From: Callorhinchus milii | Taxonomy: Eukaryota | Direction of reading: 5' to 3' | Assembly: GCF_018977255.1 (NCBI RefSeq) | Contig: NW_024704742.1 | Location: 71,426,001-71,490,000 of the forward strand | DNA: 64,000 bases | Shown: piece by piece, positions 48,901-62,400 of the stretch | Layout of the letters: the number at the start of each line of letters is the position of its first letter | Numbering within the stretch: the first letter of the stretch is position 1 | The notes under the pieces: generated by a model | Database searches by the model: none | The model's input: the letters and a program-made list of their open reading frames with translations, nothing else | Told to the model about the DNA's origin: nothing | Program-made: the position numbers and the translations under genes

Positions 48901-50585
48901 CGACTTGCCAGTCTCAAGAGTCCATGTGTCACTCCCCAGCGATCCCAGAAACCATTCACAATACTTTTTTGTTGAGTTATAAAGTTAGTCCCTTGACTTC
49001 CTGAAACATTCCACATACATCTCCCCGAGACCCTGAAACCCAGCCAGGCTGAGCCGTCAGACCAGCTGAGCTTGACATTTAAAATAGCCAGAGAACTGTT
49101 CTTAACCCGGCCGTCACTTGGAAGTCATCTTAAGAAATGAGTTTCCAAATTCAGCTTGTAATTAAGATTATTCCATAGCAATATTAAACTAACACAAGAT
49201 GGACTTACCGGCAAAGACTATGTGGAGTTTCAGCTAGCAGAGGAGGAGACAAGGGCTCTATTTAAGCCTACCTACACAGCATTAAAGCTACTATTGATAT
49301 CACTAGGTAAACTTCCTCCTTGCTCTCCTTTCCAAACAACCACTCCCCCATACGCCTCACAACACCCCCGCCATACATCCCCCACCACCCTCCTCAATGA
49401 GAAACGTTCAGAACCCTATAAACATCAGCCATGTAAGCTCGCTATCCCACCTTTCCTGGCAACCTCTGCATGTCATTCTACCAAATCAAAAGCGCTTACA
49501 ATTTTTCATCGTTTTTCAGCCTAACCCGAACTCTACACTTGAAAAAGATAAACTTTGGAAAAAAAAGTGTAAGAAGTTGCTTCAACACCAGAGAAAATAA
49601 AATCACCCCTTAGCTGCCATTTTGTGCATTTTTTTTAAAACTAGAAAAAAAAGTGGGTTCTTTTTGGAAAAATAATTTTCAAAACGATTAGGTATCAGAA
49701 AAAGTGGGCAGTTGGACTTAACTGGTTAATACTGGGCAACAATTGAACCTCTTTCTCCCCCCCCACCACCAAGTGGCGGTGAGGATGACAGATTTGTAAC
49801 AGGGAGCACGAGGGAGGGGAGAGGAAGCTTGTAACAAAACACACATCACCATAACCCCCACAACAAAACTACCGCCCCCTTCCCCTCCCCCCAACACAAA
49901 GTCTATCTGTGTTGCAGTGGTCCTTATTCAAATGGGGTCTTTTTAAGAGTCTACGTTTTTGACCAAGTGCTTAAATAAGCTAATTTTTTTTGGGTTAAAA
50001 TAAAGAAAACCACAGCTTTAAATTAAAATGCAGGTCAGGCAGACACTGTCCCACCCCTACACAAACAAGTTTTTTTTTTGAGCTGCGTTGTACAAATTCA
50101 GCGATTCAGACAGTTTCTCTTCACTGTTTACACTCCCACCCATTCCTCCTTTGAGGAAAAGACGGGTCTTATTCCCCCCCCCCCCCAAAGCCCCCTTCCC
50201 CACTGTTAAGAGGAATACTGCGCTGGCATGTGAATACTGGTTCACTTCAGTACGGGCAGAAATTATGCCGCTTTCTGCTTGGGTGTGGGGAAAACGTAAC
50301 AGGACCTGTGTGTGCGTGTGTGTGTGTGTTTGGAGAGTTTTGCAATGAAGCTGAAACAAGCTGGAAAACATTGAAATCTAATGCGTCTTGCAGATTTGGG
50401 AGTAAAGGGGAAGGAAAGGGTAGGAGGCAAGGAGGAGAGAGGGGAAAAAAAATACCCGGTAGCATCTATGAACAAAATCGACCCTCCTAAAGAGTGACTG
50501 GCTTCACAGTGTTCAGAAGTGTTGGTTTTCTCTTGTGCCACCGTCAACTCCTCCAGCAGAGGGCAGTCTGCAAGCCTTGGGGTCC
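45920..50585 (-). other. Probable long PAIP2B 3' UTR
   Basis: About 4.6 kb almost free of the SINE/LINE repeats found everywhere else. Minus-strand AATAAA near 48510, 47233, 46712, 46000 and 45922. Confidence 0.6.
48800..49124. repeat. 22-bp perfect inverted repeat (48800-48821 and 49103-49124)
   Basis: cttccaagtgacggccgggtta and taacccggccgtcacttggaag are exact reverse complements. Confidence 0.93.
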
Positions 50586-50642
50586 TCAGTATTTCACACC
50601 AGGTACAAACTCCTTCGCATCAGGATTCAGAGTACTTTTACT
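50586..50642 (-). CDS. PAIP2B: PAIP2B-like last coding exon (SKSTLNPDAKEFVPGVKY*)
   Basis: Acceptor ctttag and PAM2 motif LNPxAKEFVP. Total CDS 372 nt (123 aa). The B paralogue is assigned from linkage to NAGK. Confidence 0.92.
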   Translation of the reverse strand, partial: SKSTLNPDAKEFVPGVKY

Positions 50643-51038
50643 CTAAAGCAGCAAGAGGAGAGATGTTGGGTTACAGGGCAGGAAGAGGAGAAGACATACT
50701 AAAAACATTATCAGTACACAGGTCGATTTCAAAATGCTCACACTCGCTTTCAAATCCCTTCAGGCCCTGACACATCCCTACCTTTCCACCGCCGACGGGG
50801 TGGGGGGGAGGAGAAAGAGAGAGAGAGAGGGGTGAGCCTGGTTTGGGGACTCTTAAAGCACAGTGATGGGTTTCCAAGTGTGTAGAGACCCCAGTGACCA
50901 AAGAAAAGTTAAGACTGAATGGATGGATCCAAAATTCTGGATGCTCTGAAATAAGGAGTCAATCCCAACTCCGGCCAATTATCGACATGTATAGCTAGCG
51001 TCTCTGTCACCATTTATGTATCCTGCTCTGCCCCTCAC

Positions 51039-51212
51039 CACGAGTTCCTCTGTCTTGCTGCTGTCGTTCACGGACAATCCGTTCATCTGCTGTTGTATCT
51101 GGTTGATGCCGGGCAAATCCCGCTCTGGAATGAACCACTCCTTGTCCTCCTCATCCAGCATCTGCTGGAAACAACGCTCCAAGAACTCCTCCTCCCATAA
51201 CTCCTCCTCGAC
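51039..51212 (-). CDS. PAIP2B: PAIP2B-like second coding exon ([34 protein letters not shown]...EELV)
   Basis: Acceptor cgacag, 174 nt, donor gtgagg. Acidic PAM1 region with ERCFQxML and WFIP.RDLP. Confidence 0.93.
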
Positions 51213-53037
51213 CTGTCGATCACCACCGGGGGGGGGATTGGGGGGGGGGGGTGGAGAAGAGGGAGAGGAGCATTAGTTACTTTTGATTCAGTAAGCCACA
51301 CTGGGTCCATTCAGCACACACTGTGCAAATATCTCCCTTGAGCTACCAAAGAACCACACACCAACCATTCCACAAGTGTGCTCAGGGGCAGGCTCAGTTA
51401 CCAGGCGCACAATGAGCCAGACAACCTACATCGGCAGGTGGATATACGATTCAAGTGAAGACAGGATTAAAGAAAGAGCAAGAGAGACAGACAAACACAA
51501 ATCTGACATCCGCACTGTTTTCATATCCACAACAAGACTGGTCCAGTTAGTGCAGATATCAGGCGCTAAACTGTACTCTAATCCCTTCCCCGCGCTCTCC
51601 CCATCGTGTCTATGCTGGTGCTCGCACTCCCACTGGAGCTCTCTACTCTTGTCTCTGCAATCTCCTCCAGTCACTACTTGCCCTAGGCTTTTCCGCTGGT
51701 TCTGCTCCCCATCTGTCTCAGTGCCAGTGGGGCCACACTCTGGATCTCTCTCAAAATCCTTGTGCCTTCAGTCAGTGCTCTCAATGGCAAGCTGTGTGGT
51801 TATGGATAGTTAAGACTCCAGCAGTTACCCTAACACACACACTCTGGGTTTCCCAAGACTTGGCTTTTGCCACCCTGTGCTGAATACTTTCCAGAATCAG
51901 CAGGACGTGTCCTTCCAGGGAGAGATTGCGCATTCCATTCCAACAATCTATCTCTGGGATTTATTTCCATGTGTAGGCGGGACGCATGGAAATCTCAGTT
52001 TGGTCTGGATACTCTAGAATACAGTGATGGATTTTCATGTACCAGATACCCGGCTGACCAAAAAAAAAGCCTTCAAAACCCTCTTAGAAACTCCTCGGAT
52101 CGCACCTCTGGTTAACAAATTTAAACTTGCTTTTCCTCTTCCCCCCACCTTGGTGCTCCCCAACATTCCTGCAAAGGTCTTCAACGAATCCCTCCTAAAT
52201 GCCTTCCCCCAATCCCAAATCACATTAGGAGGTAAACTAAAGCCAGATCATTGGGTCCTGCTACAAACACACAGGCGAGGCTGCAATTGAAAACCTTGCA
52301 TTTCATAGCACGCCTACAATGCAAAAACATCTCAAAGTGCTCAACTGCTGTCAGATCCAATGACTGTTTTTATTTGTAGGAAACCACGGCAACATCATAC
52401 AAACCAGACGAGTCTAGTGTTGAAACCTAGGAAATACCAGGTCACTTACTTACTCCCCCTCCCCCCACCCCGGGTCCACATCAATTTCTGCCCTTCGCAA
52501 TTCTACAATATTGTTCCCTTAGGCATGCTGACTAATACGTTTTGTTTAACACTCTGTTAGTGTTAATACTGCACTTTGTTTTCCTCAGTTCAAGGTGGAA
52601 TTAGGTTTAAAAGGGGTCAGCTGACACCCAGCCACGTCCCCATCACCCTCCCCACAATCATCTCCCCTCTCCTGCACCCATCCACCCCCCACAAGATATT
52701 GCAGCTCCTTTCCCCTCAAATGTCCTCTGGTACCTCGCTTGATGGATCACAATTAATGTGCAAAACTCAACAGTAAGCCACATTTGGCCACAATTAGGAG
52801 GCGATAAGCGGGAAAGAGAGAAGAAATCAGTCTCCCTTTCACAGGTATTCAATCGTAACCTCCACCAAGTCGGAAATACCCACCTTTCGGGAAATCCGAG
52901 TGACGAGAAGGGCAGGGAACAGAGTGCGCCCGGAAAGCAATCAGCAGTTGGAAACCTTGATAACTACCGGCTCAACTGAGGTCAACTAACTAGTTCTGGA
53001 ACCGGATTAGTTAGTTGGCCTCAGCCTCTAACATTTT

Positions 53038-53400
53038 AATAATAATCCTTGCATTTGATATAGCTCCTTATCACATCGCAAAGATGTCTTAAAGCGCTTC
53101 ACAGAATATATTGTGAAGTGAACTGACTGTATATTTTGTGGGCGAAATGCAGCAGCCAATTGCACACAGCTGCGTACCACAAATTGTCATGGATTGAGTG
53201 ACTAAATTTATTTATTTATTCAGATGGGATTATACACTGGAAAACGAACCGCCAATCGATTAACAACCAGGTTCCTATTTACTGCTAAGTAAACAGACGT
53301 GTGTGGAGTAAGGAAACTTGCCTAAGGTTTCGCCCCGCCCGGGAATCAAACCCGGGCCTCTTACTTGAGGTGAGCGCTCTAACCAACACATTACAGGCTC
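53038..53400 (-). mobile_element. tRNA-derived SINE
   Basis: Reverse-complement copy of the same family. Confidence 0.87.
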
Positions 53401-54349
53401 TGTGGATTGAGATTGAAACCTGGGAGGTTCTTGTACATTTTTCCTTTGTTCATGTTCAGCTGTCTGTGTTCAGCAGGGAGTTACTCAGCTGACAGCAGCT
53501 GCAGGGCATGAGCTAACGCCTCCACAGGGAGCCAGTGGTGGCAGCCTGGCTTAGTCTGCACAACATTCATACCTCTGGATCAGGTTTACCTTGTGAGCTC
53601 ATAGTCCAGGCAGATGCAGAGACGCCGTCCTTTGGATGAGATGTTAAAATTGTGTCTGTTTAGGTGGATGCTAAAGATCCTATGATACTATGGTGGGGCG
53701 GGGGTTGAAGAGAAGGGTATTTCTCACGGTCAACAACAAACTGCATTTATATAGCACCTTCCACTTTGGGACAATGCCCTAAGGCATTGGACAGTTGAGG
53801 GTTTGTGCCCAAGTTGGGGGTTGGATTCAAGAGGGGTGGATGTGCAGGGTGGAGAGATGACCGAAGGCACAGTCAAAGAGGAAGGTTTTGAGATGGATCT
53901 TGACAGAGGTGAGGGAAGCGCCAAGGCAAATGGACTCCAGGACGGAGGTCCAGAGGGTAACGTCGGAAAAGCTGAAGGTCTGACCCTGAATGGTAGCGTA
54001 GGCAGTTTGGTAGGGTTTTAGAAGGTCACAGAGGTAGGGTGAGGCAAGAACCTGGAGGGCTTTAAAAGTGATGACAAGGATAGTATTTTGTTTCCAAATA
54101 AAACGGGTCACTTTGTGGCTTTGTTTTGAAACCTCATTGTGATTTCAGCATTCATGCCCCAAAACTCAAAACTCCCTGCCTCAATCCCTCTGCCTTGCCT
54201 CCCTTTTTACCAGTCTTCAGATCACACATTCCTCTTCAACCAGGCCTAGTCACCTCCCCCTTTTCCCCAGCTCTATGTCAAACTTCACCACTGTTAAGCG
54301 CTCCAAGATGCTACCCAACATGAAAGGCAAGTGTAAATACAAGTTGTTA

Positions 54350-56145
54350 GAATCATAGAATTATACAGCATAGAAGGAAACCATTTAGTCCGTCGTGTTC
54401 GTGCCAGCTCTTTGAAAGAGCTATCCAAATTAATCCTATCCCTCCCGCTTTCTCCCAATAAGCCCTGCAAATTTGTCCTCTCCAAATATCTATCTACTTC
54501 TCTCTGAAAATTGTTATCGAATCGTCTTCTACCACCCTTTCAGGTAATGCATTCCAGATCTGAACAACTCGTTGTGTGAAAAATATTCTCACCTCCCCTC
54601 TAGTTCTTTTGGCAACTATTTTAAATCTGTGTCCTTTGGTTAACAACCCACCCGCCAGTGGAAACAGTTTCTCCCTGTTCACTTTATCAAATCCCCTCAT
54701 AATTTTTGAACTATTAAATCTCCCCTTAACCTTCTCTGCTCCAAGGAGAATAACCCCAGCTTCTCTAGTGTCTCCTCATAACTGAAGTCCTTCATTCCTG
54801 GTACCATCCTGGTAAATCTCCTTTGCACCCTCTGCAAGGACTTGACATCCTTCCTAAAGTGTGGTGCCCAGAATTGAACACAGTACTCTAGCTGAGGCCG
54901 AACCACTGTTTTATAAAGGTTCATCATAATCTCTTTACTTTTGTATTCTATGCCCCTATTTATAAAGCTGAATATTCCTTTTTTTTAAAAATATAAACAG
55001 TTTTATCTACCTGTCCTGCCACCTTCGAAGATTTGCTTATGCGGACCCCCAGGTCTCTCTGTTCCTTCACCCGCTGTAAGATTGTAACATCTCGTTTATA
55101 TTGCCTCTCCCCCTTCTCCTCCCCAAAATGCATCACTTTGCATTTCTCCTCATTAAATTTCGTCTGCCATGTGTCTGTCCATTTTACCAGTCGATGTCCT
55201 CTTGCAGTCTTCTGCTATCCTCACCATTTACCACTTCTCCTAGCTTTGTATAATCTGCATACTTTGAAATTGTACTTCCAAGTCCAGTCATTTATATAGA
55301 TCAAAAAGAGCAGTGGTCCTAATACCGATCCCTGGGGACACTGCTGTATACTTCCCTCCAGTCAGAGAAACAACCATTCACCACTGATCTATGCTTTCTG
55401 TCTCTCAGCCAGTTTTGTATCCATGCTGCCACTGTCCCTTTAATACCATGAGCTTCAATTTTTCTAACAAGTATATTAAGTGATTATCAAAAGCCTTTTG
55501 AAAATCCATATATATATATAATCCTTGCATTTGATAAAGCACTTTATCACATCTCCGAGACGTCTCAAAGCACTTTGCAGAATATAATGTAAAGTGAATC
55601 GACTATATTTTGCGGGCAAAACGCGGCAGCATCCCACAAACCGCCGTAGATTGTAGTGACCAATTCATTATTATTTTTTTGAAGGAATTATTCCCCCCGG
55701 AAAAGTGATCTGCCAATCGACTAACAACCGGGTTCCTACTTACTGTTAGGTAAACAGAGGCGTGTGGAGTAAGGAAACTTGCCCAACACCTTTCCCTTCC
55801 GGGAGTTGAACCCCCAGGTTTCTCTCTTGTGAGGCGAGTGTTCTAACCACTGAGCTACAGGACTCCACTACATCAACTGGACTACCTTCATCCACCCTGT
55901 CCATTACTTCCTTGAAAAAGACTATAAAGTTTGTTAGACATGATTTGCCTTTAACTAATCTGTGCTGGCTGTCCTACATTAACCCATAATTTTCTAAGTG
56001 CAATTTATTTTGTCCCAGATTATCGTCTCTAGAAGTTTCCCCAGCACCGACGTTTGGCTGACTGGTGTGTAGTTCCCGGGTTTAACCTTCTCCCCCTTTT
56101 TGTACAGAGGAGTAACATTTGCAACCCTCCAGTCCTCTGCCACCA
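54350..56145 (-). mobile_element. CR1-clade LINE fragment with a SINE inserted at about 55520-55866
   Basis: LYKTVVRPQLEYCVQFWAP, LEQRRLRGDL, FFTQRVV.IWNALP, and an (ATTCT)-type tail. Confidence 0.92.
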
Positions 56146-56299
56146 GTCTTCTGTTGTGTGGAAAATGGCTACAAACAAAAACAAAAAAACTACATTTGAC
56201 AGCAATTATTGTGCCTTGAGCTCCTTCAACAAAGGTCTATAAAAGCACAAGTTCTTTTTTCCCCACTTGGTGCATTGGGCCATGTGCCCACCCCCTTGC

Positions 56300-56440
56300 C
56301 TGTCTATTGTATTCCTCTTCATGTTCCATCCACATGTACTCTGCGAAAGGGTTGGGTTCGCTCTCTGTGTGCCCATTGGAAACGATTTCCTCCTGTGTGC
56401 CGGAGCCCGATGATGTGTTATTCACGTTAGGGGTCTTCAT
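56300..56440 (-). CDS. PAIP2B: PAIP2B-like first coding exon (MKTPNVNN...NPFAEYMWMEHEEEYNRQ)
   Basis: NPFAEYMWME is a PAIP2 hallmark. The exon starts at 56455 after cccctcag and ends at a GC donor (CAG|gcaagg). Confidence 0.9.
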
Positions 56441-59400
56441 GTCCACAGAATCGGTCTGAGGGGCAGAGCATAGGAGGGCCGGTTACAACAACAAACTACG
56501 TTTGAATAGCAACTTTCACGTCGGGAGGACATCCCAAGGAGTTGGACAGTCAAGGATTTGCACCCAAGCTGGGGGTTGGGATTAGGAGAGATGGAGTGGT
56601 AGCAGCGATAGGAGGATGACCGAAGATACTGTCGAAGAAGAAAGTCTTTGATGAGATGGCCCTTGAAGGAGGCAAAGGAGCGGGCAAGGCAAAGGGACTG
56701 TGGGATAGAGTTCCAAAGAGTGGGTACAGAGGCTGAAGGCCTGACCACCAATGGTGGTGCGGGCAGGGGAAATGGAGCTGGCCAACAGATCTGAAAGGAT
56801 TAGAACCGAAAAAACCTCCCCACCCACCCACACCATTTAGCCCTGGTAAGACACACACATCACTGGTTAGACCACAGTTATTGGCTGGCCCACTTCAAGG
56901 TATGGAGAGGATGCAGAAGAGATTCACTCAATCATAAGAAAAATATAAAAAGGTACCAGGAAAAGGTAAGGGAGTCACACTAAATGGATAACTCTTAGCA
57001 AGCAGGCACTGGCCTCCTTCTGTGCAGCAAATTTCTAGGATTCCTTCTTGGGGATGAGAGACTTTAGTTATGATGGGAGAGGCTAGTCTTCATTAGAACA
57101 GAGAAGGCTGAGAGAAAACCTGCTGGACATGTTCACAATGATGCGAGGCTTTGAGAAGATAAATGGGGAGAAACTATTTCCACCGGTCGGTAAGTCAGTT
57201 AATCAAGTTAAGATCATCAAAAAAAATGATCTTGTCCCTCGGCCCCCCCCCGTTCCACCATCAGCGGTTGTGCTTTCAGCCATTGCGCTCCAAAATCTGG
57301 AACACTCTCACTCAATCCCCCCAGCTTGCCCCCTCCTTCCCCATCTTCAGGTCGAGCCTCAAGACCTTCCTCTTCGACCATGCATACGGTCAGCTCCCAC
57401 ATCCCTTAGTGGTGCGCTATCAAGCGCTCTGGGATGCTACCCTACATGAGGGGCGCTATATAAATGCAAGTTGTTGTTGAGGTTTGGAGCGCACACACCC
57501 AACCACATGGTTATTCAAACGTGGAGGCTTCACAACTCTGATACACTCACCATTTTCCTCAGACACTGCAATAATCAGAAGCGACAGCTGCTCCAGAGAA
57601 GTCACTGGAGAGGTAAAGAAACACACATTACATGGACCAGGCTATTGACAAACAAGACAGTGTCAATAAAAAAATAGGGGGTTTATTTAGCATACTGCTC
57701 AGATACTGTGCGATGCTATTGGAAAACAGAAGGGAGTTTCTCTCTCCCAGTGTCCTGGCTGTCAATCCCCCAGATAAATTGTTTGTTCAATTCATGGCCA
57801 TTTATGAGACTTTGCTGAGCGCAGTCACTACACTCATCAGCGATTATCTGTAAAACTCTCTGAAAACATTGCAGTGTTATGGCCGTGAAATCCGAGGGTT
57901 ACTACTGCCCAAGCGTAGGATCAAACCAATCTTTGGGGATCGCTCACTTTTACTCTCCCAGTTCGCTGGCAGCAAGCCGGGCTCCTGAAATTCTAGCCAG
58001 TAAAAAAAACATGCTGGCGCTGTGCATTTTTAACTAGCAGCTGCAACACTCAATAGCAACTCTCATTAATACAGACTTTCCTGCAGGATGCACGTCTCAC
58101 TTGCTTTGAGTGGACAGTGTACAAGAGCAAGGTGGGGACTTGGTGGGGGGGGGGGGGGTAGTGCAAGTGCAGTCGCCTTGGAGCTGGGATGGCTCTAGGG
58201 TGACATGTTTGGCAACCAAATGTCAGAATCAATCCCATCCTCTGTGACAGTCTCCAGTTCGGTTCTTGAGCCAGGTGAGTTCACAGTATTCCAGGGCACT
58301 GCTGATAAAAGACCAGTCAGCCTGGCTCATTGGCAGGACGTGGAAGGGCAGACCAGTCACTAGAGGCAGGGACTCTTCCCACTCAGCTTCTGTTATCCCT
58401 GTAAACCAAAGCCCTAAAGGGTAGGGTGGTCCTAGCTGGATAAGAAGTGAGACAGCTTGCCAGACAGCGCTCTCAATAGCAAGCTATGCTGTGTTAGCTG
58501 GTGAGTCTCAACTTGACAACTCACTAATGTATTTTATGAAAAGTACCCTCTACTCTCGTCCCTCTCCCCAGCAAAAATTACCTAAATTTCACAACAAGAC
58601 CATTTGAAGATTAACTTAGGGCAGACCCAGGCAGTACTCTCTGAGCCACTTGAGTATTATTTCATTTAAAAAAAAGGGAGTTGAGGAAGTAGTAGTTTTC
58701 ACCAGAGAAAGTGACATAACCATAATAAATTATCTCGGCAGTGTCACCCTGTACTGTACAATCAAGCCCAAAATAGCATTGTAAAGCGTTGGTCGTACTC
58801 TCACCTAAGAGGCTAAAGGTTGTGAGTTCAGGCCCCACATTGGGACTTTCAGCTCAATCTTTCTCTGACGTTCTTGGTCCCGACTCCCTAGTCTCTATCC
58901 CCACAATTTACCTGTAACAATGGTTAAATTGTGACCCATGTACTCTCATGCATGCAACTAGATTTTTTTAAACCAGTCCTGAGTTGAATTCCTCATTGGA
59001 GACAGATATGGACAGATGGACACTCAGGTAGTCAAGGTGCTATTGGAAACTGGCAGAATTATTTTAGAGCAAGCAAGAGAACAAGAATATTTAAACAAAT
59101 CTTTATTAGGCATCGATACCATTTGGGTGAGGCCCTCATGCAGATGAATACTGCCTGGCAGCCAGAACTATCCATAGGCAGTCACTGCATAACAGTATAG
59201 TATGCAAAACACTGCATACAGATTCCTGCTTGCATCCCATGATATCTGGAAATGCCTGAGATAGACTCCCCTGACCCTACGTCTCTCTCCCCTTCCCCAT
59301 GGCAACTAACATAAAGCTATGTTACGCATGGACTTTACAGGTGGTGGTTTGACAGACAATGAGCACAGCTTTGCTGCTTTTACTAAATAACCTCAAAGGG

Positions 59401-62400
59401 TAAAATCATGACTTCTTGAGTGCACATCTCCCGCTCGTGCTCTCTGCGAGTTTGTTTGTTTACAGCTTTCTCGTCATCCTCTGGGTCAGGGAATAATCCT
59501 TACATTTGATACAGCATATTATGTCATTGAAAATTCTCAAAGCATTTCAGAGGATTTTAATTTAAAGTGTAGTGACTATTTGTAGGCAAAACACAGCAGC
59601 CAATTTGCCCAGCAATTTCCCAAACAGCCATGAAGTGAAAGAACAGTCTTAACTGGGGATTTTTGGCCATCTGAAACAGTCCCAGATGGGACCTCAGTTT
59701 AACATCTCATCTGAAGGAGGGCACCTTTGACAATGGAGTATCAGCCTTGTCTATGAGCACAAAGTCTCATTGCAGGCAATTACAATTTTTTGTCGATAAT
59801 CGCAGCCAGACTTCACTTCCACACTTGGTACCATGGGATGTCCCTCCGACATGAAAGGCGCTATATAAATGTGATTTGTTGTTGTCATTGGTAGTGCAGA
59901 GAAGCACACATACACGTGTGTAAGAAGCACTCCACTATATAAGGGAATATTTGCTATATCAGAGCTAGATCCAGTTCAACAGAGGTCCTACAAGCCACTT
60001 AACTCAAATCATTTAAACAGGATTGTTCAGCAGAAATAAACAGACCTGCTATAAACCAGGGGTGTGAGATTAACGTGGCTGCCGCTGTTCTGTAAACCCA
60101 CAGCATCATCACAGCAGCTGCTATTTATAGGCTGTAGCTCACTCAGTGCCTCTCACACCCCTTTGTGATCAACCCTCCACCCCCATTCTCTGGAAAAATT
60201 CAATAAATCTTTTAAAATTTAATAATCTTTTACAAATGTTTAATAATTGTAATTTGATAGAGTTGATTTGTCAAAGCATTCCACGTCAGGAATTGCCAAA
60301 CATGGACATTTCCATGTGTAGGTGGGAGCGTGGAACTCTGCTTAGTTGGATACTCTTCAGCATGGTGATGGATTTCTGTATTCCGGCTGACCAAAAAAAG
60401 CAGTCCACAAAGCTTTTGTGAAGGGTAGTGATTGCTCTTAGGCAAAAACTGCAGGTAATTTACACACAGCAACATCCCACAAATGACCATGAAGCGAAAG
60501 ACCAATTTTAAATGGAGGACTGATGGCCAGGACACTAGAAGAAACTCCCTTTCCTTTAACATCCTGAACAGGCAGACAGGACCTCAGTTTAACATCTCAT
60601 CCGAAGGACAGTATCAGTGGCAATGCAGTGCTCTGCAATAGACCATCAGTCTTCAAAATCCCCAATGTGGAGGTTGAACCTACAACTTTCTGACCCACAG
60701 GTGGAAGTTGTACTGACTGAGCTGGGCTGAAACTTAACTGTTGACCAACACAATTCAGCTAATTCAGCTACGAGAGTGCACTCTACACCAGACAAAAGGA
60801 AATCGTGTATATGTAGTATAGGTCCTTCAATAGTTTGTTTTCAAGACTCAAGAATGACGATGGGTTTCTGTGCGTCCAGTCACCAGGTTTTTGCCATTAT
60901 AATCTCTAGCCAATGTTAAAATGCAGTTTGAGTTTCTAACAAACTCACATTCTGTCCTCCTCAGCACTGTTCATCTCCCCTCAACGCAGCTGAATCAGGA
61001 AGATCCTCACTCACTCACTGTCTGAAGGTGGGCAGGTCAGTGCAAAAAAGAACTTACATTTGCATAGAGTTTTATCGTTAACACTTCTCAAAGTAAGCAC
61101 AGACTTTACAGGAGTTGCTGTCAAGTGCAGTAACTGTTTTATGTAGGCGAAGGTTACAGCTGCTCTGCACACAGCAAGGTCTCACAAGCATGACCATTAA
61201 TCTGGACGATTGTCTGCAGAACTATTTGAAAAGAGGTGTCCTGGCCAACTGTTACATTAAAGTCAGTGTAGAATTATTCAGATGGAAACTGGATAACTAT
61301 CTAATCCCTCAAATAAAAAAAACTTGGGACGTTCACTTTATGGCTGGTTGCAGGATATTGATGTACACAAATTGGCTGCCAGGTTCGCATACAAGAACAA
61401 CTTGATATAGCACTCTTCCTAGAAGATATAGCATATCTTCTCCGTCACTACACTTTGCAGTGCTTTTTTTTCAAAATTCCTGACTGACCAGCGCCTTGGG
61501 AAGTCCTCCCAACGTGAAAGCCGCTATACAAATGTAATTTGTTATTGTATCCTTTGAAGCACTTTGAGAAGTATTGATAATAATAATCATTGCATTTGAT
61601 ATAGAGCCTTAAGTTGTTGAGACATCTCAAAGCCCTTCACAGAATATACTGTAAGGTGAATTGACTTTTGTGGGTAAAAAGCGATAGCCAATTACGCACA
61701 GCAGTGTCCCACAAAGTTGTAGATTGAGTGACCAAATTATATTTATTACTTTTTTTTGAAGGTCAAATTATTAATTGATGCTACATGTAGGTGCTATATC
61801 AAATCTTTGATCAGCTCCCCACTCCCTAGCAGATCAAATTTAAAATTCTCATTTTCACTTTCAAATGCTTCCAGTCTTACTCCACCCTATCTGGGTGACC
61901 TTCTGTTGCCCCAGCCGCTTGCGCTGCTCAGCCGGCCTCATGTCCTATGTCCAATCTGTCCCACCGTCAGGGACCGAGTTTATTGCCATTGTGTCCTCTC
62001 TTCGATCTTTAGTTGCTCCACCTCGCCTTCTCTCTCCTCACCTTCAAAACCTGCATTAAAAGCTATCTTTTGACTGGACTTTGGGCCACGTTCCCTCTCA
62101 CCCCAGTTCAGGCTTCCAGTCATCTGTGTTTTGAGGCTCTTTTGTGTCCTCCCAACACAAAAGGAGTTCTGCAAATGCAAGTTGTTGTCCACCTGAGAAT
62201 AGGTTGACAGGACCTGGGTTAAACACGTCATACGAAAGACGCTCCTCCAACAGTGCAGCTGAAGCATCCGCCGGTGAGGGCAAAGTTCCAATATGGAGCT
62301 CGAATCTTCAACCTTCACAGGCCAAGGTAGTACCAGAGCCAGGCGTAGACATAGATAAACGGACGGTTTGGCCAGCCAAGTATCCAACACGTGGCCACGT

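Noticed and set aside
60058..60162. 12-bp inverted repeat around a minus-strand TATAAATA (possible small RNA or promoter)
   Set aside because: The interior pairs poorly and there are no convincing snoRNA or miRNA features.
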